From Octopus sinensis (Eukaryota): a stretch of DNA of 64,000 nt. Positions 12,913 through 25,451 of the stretch are shown here, piece by piece (the first letter of the stretch is position 1; every line of letters starts with the position of its first letter). The notes below the pieces were generated by a model, which searched no databases, was not told where the DNA came from, and worked only from the letters and a program-made list of their open reading frames with translations. The translations under genes and the position numbers were made by a program. The stretch covers positions 141,484,001-141,548,000 of the forward strand of contig NC_042997.1 in NCBI RefSeq assembly GCF_006345805.1, in the 5' to 3' direction.

Positions 12913-14530
12913 ATCCCATACGAAATAATTGAAACTTATATATGAAAAACAGTTATAGATATCGTAGTACCTTTGCTGCGATCGTTAGCTACACAGAACC
13001 GCTTGATTTAAATAGATTCCCTTTGAATAATACAAGAGAAAGATATACTGGAAGGAATAGTGCTGCCTTTCGTAATGAAATACACTGAGTAACAGAAAAG
13101 GAAGAGAAAAATATACCAATGGGTCGCCAAAAAAATGGAGCTTCGTATGCTGACAAAAGAGGCCCTGGATAATTTTTGATGTGATGCTATTTTCATGCAG
13201 CAAGGCTGGACACATGGAAGTGAGCACTTTGTCTATCCATCAAGGATCCATACAAAATGATGGACTGAGCTATTAGTAATTATTTCTGAAGTTGATGAGG
13301 ATACATGACATTGAGTAACAATCTAATGGCTCCTCCCTACCAATGTCTCAATGTGAAGTTTAGGCAAATATCCTCCTTGTCGCAGATGATAAATAGCTTT
13401 ACACATAAAATCATTACACTTGCGAAATGTCTTTATTTTCCTCAGTTTTACAGTAAGAGAAATATTCTATAATAGTTAAATTATTAATCATGGAGATTAC
13501 TGATGAGAAAACATTAGCTAAAAGCACACAGTTAAGATTAATTGGAATTTCAGTTCAGAGTTGTGATTTGACTGTAAATTCTTCTAGCGCTTCAGGCTAT
13601 AAATATTACATTAATATTGCGTTAATATTCTAAAACCAAACACCAGAGATGGCTGAGGATTAAATACGCCAGAGTAAATACGTGGTTAAATACGTTACGT
13701 TCCATTTTTCTGTTCAAATTCTGCTGAAACTAACTTCGTCTTTTATCACCTGATATTTTATTGATATAGAAGAGCAACCAAAAATATATGCAAGTTGTTA
13801 CTCTTTCTGTTTGCTTGGTGCAACAAGACCAACCATGATTGATTGGATCAATGTGGAATTGCATAACTACCCAGTCATTTTTATATGCCGGATTACATTT
13901 TTCAGCATAACCTTCTTTATTTCAGAAAGCAATGCGTAATTCTAGATAGAGTTGGCTGCTAATTTTAGCAGTTCAAGCATACACTCAGAAGCTTCTTTGA
14001 TAGATAAGTGCTTTATGAGAATTTAAGTTTGGACAATGGCACCTAACTCACATTGATATGTAGTGTAAAGTTCCCACTTCTGACTGCTCAAAACATCAAC
14101 TTGTCGAAGCCCTTGGAAGAGATGAGTGCAAAGAGCAGAATTCGTTGTATTATCAATTGAAAACATATCCCGCCATTCCTTTGGGAAATGAATTAGACAT
14201 TACAATATGATCATTCTATCAATCTGAAATTCCGCCAAAATCTGCTGTCCCTTGTCTCCCAACCCAGCGATCGACACACTAGCTATAATCTGTATCTATT
14301 AAACTAACTGTACTCGGATGTATAATATAGAAATGTTGAAACGTATCCATTAAACCAGGCTTTATGATGCTGAAGTGACCTCACCAATAACGCACAAACC
14401 AAGCGAGAGGGAAAAACTACAATGATATCGTTGAAGGCAAGTTCAAGAAATTTTATTTTAACTCGTCTCCAAGATATATTTCCACATGTGCGCTGGCCAA
14501 CCACATTTAGAACACAATAATAATAACACT

Positions 14531-15125
14531 AAGAAACGTTAGCAAGCCGGGCGAAATTCTTAGCAGCTTTTCATCTGTTCTTACGTTGAGTTCAAATTCC
14601 GCCGAGGTCGACTTTGCCTTTCATCCTTTCGGGGTCAGTAAATTAAGTACCAGTTACGCACTGGGGTCGATGTAATAGACTTAATCCCTTTGTCTGTCCT
14701 TGTTTGTCCCCTCTATGTTTAGCTCCTTGTGGGCAATAAAGAAATAAGAAACGTTAGCACGCCGGGCGAAATACTTAGCGGTATTTCGTCTTCCGCTACG
14801 TTCTGAGTTCAAATTTCACCAAGGTCGACTTTGCCTGTCATCCTTTCGGGGTCGATTAAATAAGTACCAGTTACGCACTGAGGCCGATATAATCGACTTA
14901 ATCCGTTTGTCTGTCCTTGTTTGTCCCTTCTGTGTTTAGCTCCTTGTGGGTAGTAAACAAATAGGTATTTCGTCTGTCTTTGCGTTCTGAGTTCATATTC
15001 CATGAGGCCGACTTTGCCTTTCATCCTTTCGGGGCGATAAATTAAATACCAGTTGCGTACTGGGGTCTATCTAATCGACTGGCCCCCTCCACAAAATTTT
15101 GAGCATTGTTCCTAGAGTAGAAACG
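14531..15125 (+). mobile_element. SINE A trimer (two tail-1 units plus headless tail-2 unit)
   Basis: Three bodies; aataataaca on both flanks. Confidence 0.88.
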
Positions 15126-15353
15126 AATAATAACATCACTATGAAAAACAAATGGTAAATTCTTTAGTAAATTGGGCTATATCAGAAAGGAGAAGAGAGA
15201 AATGGCAGCTGTGTACAGAAGGATAAAGTGTATCTTGAAGAAATATAAATTTCCAACTACTTAAACATCAGAGCAGATATCTTCACAAGATGCGCTGCGC
15301 CAATTTTGATGAACACTTTATCATACAGTGGAAAATATCGTGCCCAAATCATT

Positions 15354-15467
<114 letters not shown>

Positions 15468-15560
15468 TTAACAAATCATAACAATTTCATAAACCTTCAC
15501 AATTTTCAGGTATCAATACATACATTTTCTACATACTTATATACATACCTAAAAGCATAT

Positions 15561-15624
<64 letters not shown>

Positions 15625-15677
15625 TATGTGTGTGTGTATAAATACATATAAGTATATATTCATATCTCTATATATTC

Positions 15678-15708
<31 letters not shown>

Positions 15709-16159
15709 CACGCCAAAGTGACAAACAACCCTCAGGTAAACATCCATTAATGCTACATCGCCTGAAGAGATGTATCAATGAAGACGATCTACCCGATGTC
15801 CATGGATACTTATAAATTCCATTCAAGGATTATTGTTACTGTTACGTGTGTGCATGTATATATGTATGTGTGTGTGTGTGTATTTGTTTGTGTGTATACA
15901 CACCCACACATAGACACACACAGGCACACCCACATGCATATGTCTATCTATTTCTCCAATACTTCCCTTGTTTGCTCATATTCTCATGTGTTCCACTCAG
16001 ACTCGTTTCCTTCACCATTTTATATTCTATTTGAATTCACTCTATAAATTTATATACTCTTCAACTCATTGTCTTATTCTCCACGTCTATTTCTTTTTCT
16101 CTCCTCTTGTCCCTTATTCTCTCTATTCTACCTCCCTTCTTCCTCTCTGTCTCTCTCTC

Positions 16160-16201
<42 letters not shown>

Positions 16202-16480
16202 CTCGCTCTATCTCCTTTTCACCCTCCTAACATTTATCTTTTATTAAACATACATCTCTATTTTAATTGGTTTCTGCATTCTTTATTATTTTTTGTTCAT
16301 TTATGCACCCGTCTTTTCCATCTCTTCCACACTTCTTTATTACTTTACATCTTCCGTGGGGTCTTTTTACATTCCTTCTCTCATTTTTAATTGGACACTC
16401 ATGCACATGCTCTATTTCTCATCTCTAACTGTCTTTCTCTCATCTCTACCCTAACAGTCTCTCTCTTATCCCTCCCTCTG

Positions 16481-16519
<39 letters not shown>

Positions 16520-17439
16520 TCCATTCGCACTTCTTTCCTGCATCTCGTTGTCTTTGCACAAATAATTAAATGCTTTTAACGTCGATGTGTATACGAAGCA
16601 ATCAGGTGAGTATTTCGATTGATTATTTTAATTAAAATTTTGAAACTGTAATGCTCTATCTTTCTGTAAACATCAATATTTGAGAAAAATCTTTATATAA
16701 AAAATTGTTTATTTTGATAGACATTTTATTGAGTATTTGAAAATATCTCTAGCCTTCAGCAACTAAATGACAAAATTAACTCCTAAGGTGTCATATTTTA
16801 TCAAACTAATTAAGATGTAACTTGTATTAATTAATCGTTACAACTTTGTAAAGTAAAATAACTTCGAAATTGAATTCAGAATATTTTTCAGTCGGATTCT
16901 TATAAAGATTTCTTATATAGCCACACTGTCATATTGAATGAGAAATACACCAATGAGATTTTATAATTTCATGCCTTTTCCTAGCAATAGCGACAGGGCC
17001 CAGCGAGGGGAGCTATATGTGACCACTCATACCCAGAAGAAATAGCGGCTAAACATTTCTCATCACTCACATCTTGTCTTAAGGACAGATTCATCGGATA
17101 GTATCGTCTTTGACAGGTATCACAAAATAGATGCAGAGATTATATCTGCAATGTTCTTTTAGAACTAACTTGGATCTAAAAGCATTAACGAATCTGACAT
17201 GCAAGTAGATTTCAAAAGACGAGTAGTTGTCAAGTGATACCTATACAAGACAACATATTTCGAAGTGAATATATTTATTTTCAGCTTATGTGTTTGTTGT
17301 TTATGCCTTTCATATTGGGAATCGGAAAACCTCAAGAATAAAGCATTAACTTGATTATAGGTATCGTGGATAGCGCTCAACTATACTTAGGGTCAAAATA
17401 ATTTATTCTGAGTTTCTTGGTAGCGATATAAGGTACTAC

Positions 17440-18430
17440 AATAATCTGAAAAGGCCCAGTCATTGACTTGACCCTCCATGCTATTCGGTTTGACTACATG
17501 CCGTGTCTGAAGATTAAGATGCATTCCAGAAGTTTTGAGAATTCTTCTGGGAAGACATTTAATAATTTCAAAGAAATATAAAACTAACTCCTTTGAAGTA
17601 AGATACTCTGGCTTCAGTGCATTTACTGAAGCGCTCCGGTCATTTTCTTGAAGCTCCCATGGAAGACTCTCAAAGTGAAAGTGACTAGGTTCCTTCTGCC
17701 GACTTTCTTTGACTCATTCAGCTTGAGAACAATAACAAGTCACTAGGAACAAGGCCTGAACTGTAGGGGAGATTCTCCGGACGGGCCGTTTCATTGCTGA
17801 CCGCTGTTCATTTATCGATGACGTACCGGGCTTCCTTCTGCAATCAATAGTATTCTTTTCTACTCTGGACACAAGGACCGAAATTTTTGGAGACGGGGCC
17901 AGTCGATTAGATCGACTCAATACACAACTAGTACTTAATTTATTGACCCCGAAAGGATGAAAGGTAAAGTCAACCTCATGGAATTTGGACTGAGAACGTA
18001 AATACAGACGAAATACCTATTTGTTTACTACCCACAAGGAGCTAAACACAGACGGGACAAACAAGGACAGACAAACGGATTAAGTAGATTAGATCGACCC
18101 CAGTGCGTAAATGGTACTTAATTTATCGACCCCGAAAGGATGAAAGGCAAAGTCGACCACGGCGGAATTTGAACTCACAACGTAACGGCAGAAGAAATAC
18201 GGCTACGCATTTCGCCCGGCGTGCTAACGTTTCTGCCAGCTCGCCGCCTTCGCAATCAGTAGTATTATCCCTTCTCTGGTACATGTCGATACTGAATTTA
18301 TGAACTGTGTCACTCTGAACCTTTTATTTTTAGAGAAATACTTGCCGACATCGAACCGACATCGAATTCAGGCATAATCCATGACTTGGAAAGTTCAGAG
18401 TGACGTTTTAGCACTTGATGTGACACAAGT
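17440..18430 (-). mobile_element. Decayed mariner 3' half interrupted by a SINE dimer
   Basis: Reverse translation gives PYSSGLVPSDLLLF (cf. YSPDLAPSD) and KCTEARVSYFKGV (mariner C-terminus). Mariner-like sequence appears to resume after 18266. Confidence 0.75.
17855..18250 (-). mobile_element. SINE A dimer
   Basis: TSD gcaatcaatagtatt (17840-17854) / gcaatcagtagtatt (18252-18266) encloses both units. Confidence 0.92.
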
Positions 18431-18501
18431 TATATTCTAACACTGTGAAACAGAAATTGGTGTGTCCGTGTATAGAGAGCAAGCTATATTTGTGATATTT
18501 G

Positions 18502-18901
18502 AAAGCGGCGAACTGGCAGAAACGTTAGCACGCCGGGCGAAATGCTTAGCGGTAATTCGTCTGCCGTTACATTTTGAGTTCAAATTCCGCCGAGGTCGAC
18601 TTTGCCTTTCATCCTTTCGGGGTCGATTAAATAAGCACCAGTCATGCACTGGGGTCGATATAATCGACTTAATCCGTTTGTCTGTCCTTGTTTGTCCTCT
18701 CTGTGTTTAGCCCCTTGTGGTTAATAAAGAAATAGGTATTTCGTCTGCCGCTACGTTCTGAGTTCAAAATTCCGCCGAGGTCAACTTTGCCTTTCATCAT
18801 TTCAGGATCGATAAATTAAGTACCAGTTGCGTGCTGGGGTGAATCGAATCGACTGGCCCCCTCCCCAAACTTTTCGGGCCTTGTGCCTAGAGTAGAAAAG
18901 A
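18502..18901 (+). mobile_element. SINE A dimer
   Basis: TSD atatttgtgatattt (18486-18500) / atatttgtagtattt (18902-18916) encloses both units. Confidence 0.92.
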
Positions 18902-19374
18902 ATATTTGTAGTATTTACAACAGAGACGTTTTATCGGCATCCAGAGTCTATAACAGAATATATTATTTTCTAACTCATTTGTTTGAAAGTTTATAAAAAT
19001 TGTTATAAAGTATTATAAAATAACGTAGTTTTAAGCCGTGTACTTATAGATTGTTGGCGGGATAAAGGAAATATAATACAGCTTGTTGACTTACAGCACA
19101 ACGATGTATGTATGAATAACGTTACATAGGTATGTGAACTACCATTTACTTATATATATATACATAAATATGCACACACACACACACACCTAAGGCGCGT
19201 GCGCTAATGCACATTTACATATATATATGTATATATATATATATGGTTGATAGCTCTTGATTGATAGATAGATAGATAGATAGATAGATGTACATCCATA
19301 TATATACATATGTGTGTGTATATATGCTTATATTTACATATATAAAATGTTTGTATATACACAGGCACACATTT

Positions 19375-19419
<45 letters not shown>

Positions 19420-19719
19420 TGCAATTCGTGTGTTCTTTACGTTGCGCCAATTTATTCTTACATTGTCAAACATAATTCCTGAACAGGGAGTGAAAGTAAA
19501 TATGTGATGTATGTATTTATGTAAGCTGAATGCCAAATCAAACAAACCAGCTACTTCCACTCAAAACCACTATCGTGACCAGTATTGTCATATGAATACA
19601 GAAAATAATGAAACAACTTCACAGAAATATGCATTGCGTTGATTTAGGCTGATATACGTGCTGGCGTACGAGTATACGTTTATATGTTCACAATCTATCT
19701 ACCCATCTATCTACAGTCT

Positions 19720-19924
19720 AAATATCAACATCATATGTGTATGTATATTGTATAGGTATGTATGAGTATATACGTATGTGTTAATGTGTGTGTATATACA
19801 TATGTGTTTGTGGGTGTGAGTGTTTGTGTTTATATATACATACGTAAGCCCACACACAGTAACACGCATATCTGTATATATGAGTATATAGATATGAACG
19901 TATATATGTATAAGCATAAATATA

Positions 19925-19991
<67 letters not shown>

Positions 19992-20013
19992 CTATGTATG
20001 TATGTATGTATGT

Positions 20014-20063
<50 letters not shown>

Positions 20064-20167
20064 CACATACAGAGACAGACAGACCCAGACAGACTGAGGT
20101 AGTAACGCAGATAAAAACGACTATTGGACTTGACACAAAGATATACATATAATAATATTTGTATGTG

Positions 20168-20201
<34 letters not shown>

Positions 20202-20351
20202 TCTCGTGTGTGAAAGAGAGAGAGAGAAATATGCCTGTATGTAATGTATGTATGTAGATATATATATATATATAAAATATATGTATATATATATATATGT
20301 ATATATATATATACATATATATAAATATATATGTATGTATGTATATATATA

Positions 20352-20405
<54 letters not shown>
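19720..20405. repeat. Compound (TA)/(TG)/(GA)/(TATG) microsatellite field
   Basis: Direct reading. Confidence 0.95.
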
Positions 20406-20408
<3 letters not shown>

Positions 20409-21118
20409 AAAATATATTGTCATTGGGCATAAAATGTACACAATACCGAGAAGAGAATATATAATTTCTAAACTCGACAGCTGTTTCAGGAATTTCGGAG
20501 TTACGTAGTAATCATAATGTTCATAATTTGCAGATGGAATGTGACAAAGATCTTGCGTATGCAAAAAGTAAGCAGTCATATTCAGATATTACCATATTAA
20601 GTTCGGCTACCTTTATCGGGAGTAAGTTGGCAACTTTCTCTTGATGAATGGTACCATAGGTATACGTACATACACATTTACACACATACATACGTACATA
20701 CATACATACTTACATATACATTTTTTCTGAAGGGTAAAATGCATTCTAGTATTTAGTTGAGTTAAATACCACCGATTTATTGGCTTTGTTCATTGGTTTG
20801 AAATTATAATTATAATATTTATTTGCTTCGTACCCCGAAATATGTCATCTTCAATATCCGTTGATAAATTTCGATTTCTTGTCTCTTCAGTAAGTTTTAT
20901 ATAAAAACATATTCAATGGATTTTCACGGCCGGAACTGTTAAGTCTTTTCATAGTGAGTTGTTGACACGTAATAAAATCTTAAGAAGAAATAATATGTAT
21001 TTCTATTGTAAAAATATATATAAACAAAATGTTTGAAGCAATAATTTGACATAGAATTACAATAATATGATTTCAAACAATGCTTGCTTTTCTAGATAAC
21101 GCCGGGTAACTATTAAAT

Positions 21119-21336
<218 letters not shown>

Positions 21337-22379
21337 TATGTGCATGTATGTATTTGTATGAACGCACATACATATGTAAGCCTGAGTTTAGTATATTAAA
21401 CGAGTATGTGTACACATGTATTTAATATGTATTTATTCATTCGTATAATCTTATATTTGAATTCATTGTGCTTTTTTCTCCTCGTTTGCTTTTCCATCAG
21501 TGTTTGCGTGTGCGTTTCTATGCGTTTGAGTGTGTCTGCATGTGTGTGTGTCTGTGTGTGTTTGTGCGTGCCTCATACGCGTATGAATTCATATATGCCG
21601 TTGTATATAAGGAGAGTATGTTTGTAAATGTGTGACATATGTACTGCAATATTTCAAACTACCGGTTACACAATGTATGCATTGTGCCTAACGGCATTCT
21701 TGGAAGAGTTCAGCTTGATAGAAAAGCTTGTATAAGTTTGTATGTCTGCCAATATCAACTAGAATTTCTCTTTGGTAACAGATAAAACATAAATTATTTC
21801 TCATTGAAACATATTGACAAATGCCATGCGGATATTTCTATGCTTTTATTTTAAAGTTCAAGCTTCCTGTTCCATCAATTGCATAATATTTACGCCATTC
21901 AAAACCATTCTTCTCAATATAATTACATTCCTAAATAGTTTTATACAAGCGTTGGCATTGTGCAAATATGAGTCCCTGTTGCGACGTGTCTGCGTACATG
22001 GGTTCAGTTCTCAATGTCACCCTTCAGCTTTAAAGTGTACGTTTGTTGCTTTTTTCCACTTGCTTTTGTTGTTAAAAGCAGAGGGCAAATACCCGTAGAA
22101 TGGTTCTTCAATGGAAACATAAAGGTTATATCTGACTCAAACATTCAAGAACGAATCCTAAAATTAGTTTTCTTATTTGACAGCTAAATTTCCAATCACT
22201 GTCGTTTCTGCAATTGCCTCAAAAGCATGTATCTTCGCCACGTTTCCTCTGTTACTGTAACAGGTCCTGCTCCTCAGAATTAGAAAGATATATTCCAGCA
22301 TCTCTTCATTCTTACCTGTTATCATTTTGTTATCCATAGTAGCACCAGTGATATAGCAGATTTTTTACTCGAGGTCTTA

Positions 22380-22672
22380 GACTCATCAGGCCAGTTACCT
22401 GGATTTTCATGGCGTGTAAGTGACCGACATCACAACTTTCCACCTGGAATAGGACGCCGCTTCATTTCGCGGTTCAAGGCCGGCAATCTTAATGGGAGGA
22501 GCAAAATCGATTACAACAGCCCTAGTACTTGATTAGTAATTTATTTCCTCGACACCAAAGAGATGAATGACAAAGATAATCCCGGAGACATTTGAACTCA
22601 AAATGTAAATCGCCGGATGAAATGCCGTTAAGTATTTAGTTCGACGTGCTAACTATTCTGCCAGCTCGCCCA
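22380..22672 (-). mobile_element. Diverged SINE A copy abutting a C-type tail fragment
   Basis: 22470-22672 ends ttctgccagctcgccc. 22380-22470 resembles the reverse complement of the ggcgtcc..tccag tail. Confidence 0.7.
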
Positions 22673-23050
22673 CTTGTAGCACATACAGAAGACTGTAACA
22701 ACTGTTACTGCATTTTTGAAAATATAAGTTGAATCTTGTAGAGATCATATTGTAAATTGCTTCATTCTCAAAGGGATGCTTGTTTATTTTAAAGATCCTA
22801 AAGGGTTGAATGGGAAGTTGATCCGGTGCTATTTCAACTCAATTCATTTAACTGAAAACTAATGAAAGTTTTATTTGATTTTCGAATCTATTATCCAAGA
22901 ACTTTTAACAGATATTGTGTGTTGAAACCTTCCTTATTGGTTTAGACTTTTCAAGTCGGAATGTGAGGGAAATTTCTGGGACAATAAAAATAAAAATAAA
23001 AGTGAAGAACCGGTAATTGTACTTATAGATCTTGATATTACACGACTAAA

Positions 23051-23265
23051 AGGCATCGAGATGGCAGAATCGTTACTGCGCTGGACAAAATGCTTAGCAG
23101 CATTTCGTCCGTCTTTACGTTCTGAGTTCAAATCCGCCGAGGTTGACTTTGCCATTCATCCTTTCGGGATCGATAAAGTAAGTACCAGTTCAGCACTGAG
23201 GTTGATGTAATCGATTTACCCCCTCCCCAGAAGCTGCTGACCTTGTGCCAAAATTTGAAATCAAT
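23051..23265 (+). mobile_element. SINE A monomer
   Basis: Consensus body; atattac.c.acta on both flanks. Confidence 0.88.
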
Positions 23266-24644
23266 ATTACTCAACTATATTATAACAATATTCGTTTCAA
23301 CAAAAGTTTCGGATAATAATTCTTGGTAAACAAATTCAAGAACTGAATGACTAAGCTTCTGTCAGTAGTATGTTATATCTCTGTACATTTTGAGTTAAAA
23401 TACCACCGAGTCGGTTCCCCATTCAACACCTCAAGATCGATTAAAGGAACATCAATTATGAAATGGAACAAAATAAAGTTCCATACAAGTCTGCTGATTC
23501 TTGGTTATAGCTATTTTATATCAGATAAATTTCCATCGCTCTTGTGAAACTCATTAATTTCTTGACTTTCTATTTAAATTCCTATAAATCTTAAACTTTG
23601 ATCTTGTTGCAGAAAATAAAATTTAAGCAGTTTTGCAAGCTTTTGTAGAAAAACTATTCAATTTATTACATAAAATTTTGCGAACCAATATGATAGAAAT
23701 TACTAAAGAAAACAATGTGTCAGTTGGATGTTGGATTAAATATTTTCTATTGTGTAGTTGGAAATTCAAGTTTCTACTGTTTAGGTTCAAACATCGCTGA
23801 ATCGACTTTAACGCTTTATCTACTATGATCAGTAAATTTTGTATGATACTTCGAGTAGGATATATGGATTGTATGTTTCCTTACAGTTCTGATCTCGTTT
23901 TTTGAAATACCTTTTACCAAAAGTGTATATTCATAAGAGCAAATCCGATGATTTCTAGTGTCTGTTAACAATAAATAGTTACCAAGAGACTCACTCAGTA
24001 TTAATCTTCCGAAGTGTTGAATGTTTATGTTCTGGTTTAGGCGCGTCCATCTAAGAAAGCAGTAGCATGCCAAAATAGTCTCTGTACAGAGAAATTGCAG
24101 GAAAATATTAACAGACAGACCATACATTCAAACGCCATGGACAAGTGCAGCAGGGCTTTAAACTGACTGAAAACTGTTGAGAGAATGTGAGACACCATTG
24201 AGGTACGTACAAAAGAGGACTCAGAGTACATTTACAGTGAAGAACTAAAGTACAGAAAGCTATCAGAGAAAGAAGCGGCCGAAGAAATCAACCACCAGAA
24301 TTGATAATCCTATTAAACTTACGAATGAAACTGATTTGGAAGTGCATTCACTACGACGGTGGTATTTTAGGGCTCAAAACTGGAAAATGTGCTAAGATGC
24401 TTGTACTAACGAATGAGATACGCTTTAGTCAACGCAATATATTTTCAACAAATGTCGGTTTACTATCAGCATCAGAATGCTTTTAAATGCAAAACTCGTC
24501 TCTCCATTTACGTGGTTTGAAAGTCTATGCATTTTCTGTGTCTATTTCCATCTTAGGAAAACCAATTTATGTCATTCAAATTGTACATGTAGCCAAAACT
24601 TAATTCTTCCTCTATATTAACTCTTCTTTCTCTACTTTTTTGCA

Positions 24645-25449
24645 GACACATGATCTCCCCCTGGCAGAAACAACGAGTCATTTATTGAGTTCATGACAAA
24701 GGGGAGGTGCAGACTGTAGGTCATCTACAGAAGGTTGCAAGTTATCTACGTAGATTACATCATCTGATACGAATCACCAGAGAAGAGACGAACTGATTAG
24801 TTGGACTCTGGTTACAATGTGGTCATAATGCATCACAGAAGATTGCAGAAGACTTTGGATAGCGGAAAGTGTATGCAAAGTAGCTACTTCGGCAGCTGAC
24901 ATGCGATTTACAAAAAACAAAGGTGGGGAAGACTGTTATGGTCTGCTTGCAGGAAGTGTTTGAAGCCAATGAAAACACGTTTTTTTCCCCTCCCGATTTT
25001 GTGCCGAGAGATTAGACATGACCTACCTTTCCGATCCGGAAACAAATACCCACTCGATGAAATGGTGTTACAGCTCTTCTCCAAGGTCCAAGAAATTCAA
25101 GAGCCAGCGATCATCAAGGAAAGTCATGGTGTCTGTTTTGGGAGAATGACAAAGGCGTCATTTCTTGTTTTTATGAAAAGTGGATGTACCGCGAAAAACA
25201 AGTGGATCGTTGATACACTGAAAAGGCTTAGAAAAGCCAATAGGAGGAAAAGACTGAAGAACTTGAAAACGATCCATCAGAACGCATGATTACAGATGTT
25301 TTGGGTGAAAATCAGGCAATCGGTAAATTGAGCTGCGACTGGTGAGTGAATCCCTATCCGCCGTACAGCCTGGATATGACGCCCTCAGACTTCCACCTAT
25401 TTGGTTTATTGAAGTATAGTCTTCAGGGTGAGCTATCAGATGACAACAA
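24645..25449 (+). mobile_element. Decayed mariner transposase
   Basis: Fragments PRSKKFKSQRSSRKVMVSV and PYPPYSLDMTPSDFHLFGLLK (YSPDLAPSD motif). Ends exactly at the Tigger TIR. Confidence 0.85.
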
Positions 25450-25451
25450 TA

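Noticed and set aside
12985-13400. Possible RTE reverse transcriptase remnant
   Set aside because: Motif similarity too weak to support by eye.
19711-20508. Long [12 protein letters not shown] ORFs here and at 4907, 21057, 27553, 36019, 44688, 48942, 53308 and 62822
   Set aside because: Translations of stop-free dinucleotide and tetranucleotide microsatellites; not genes.
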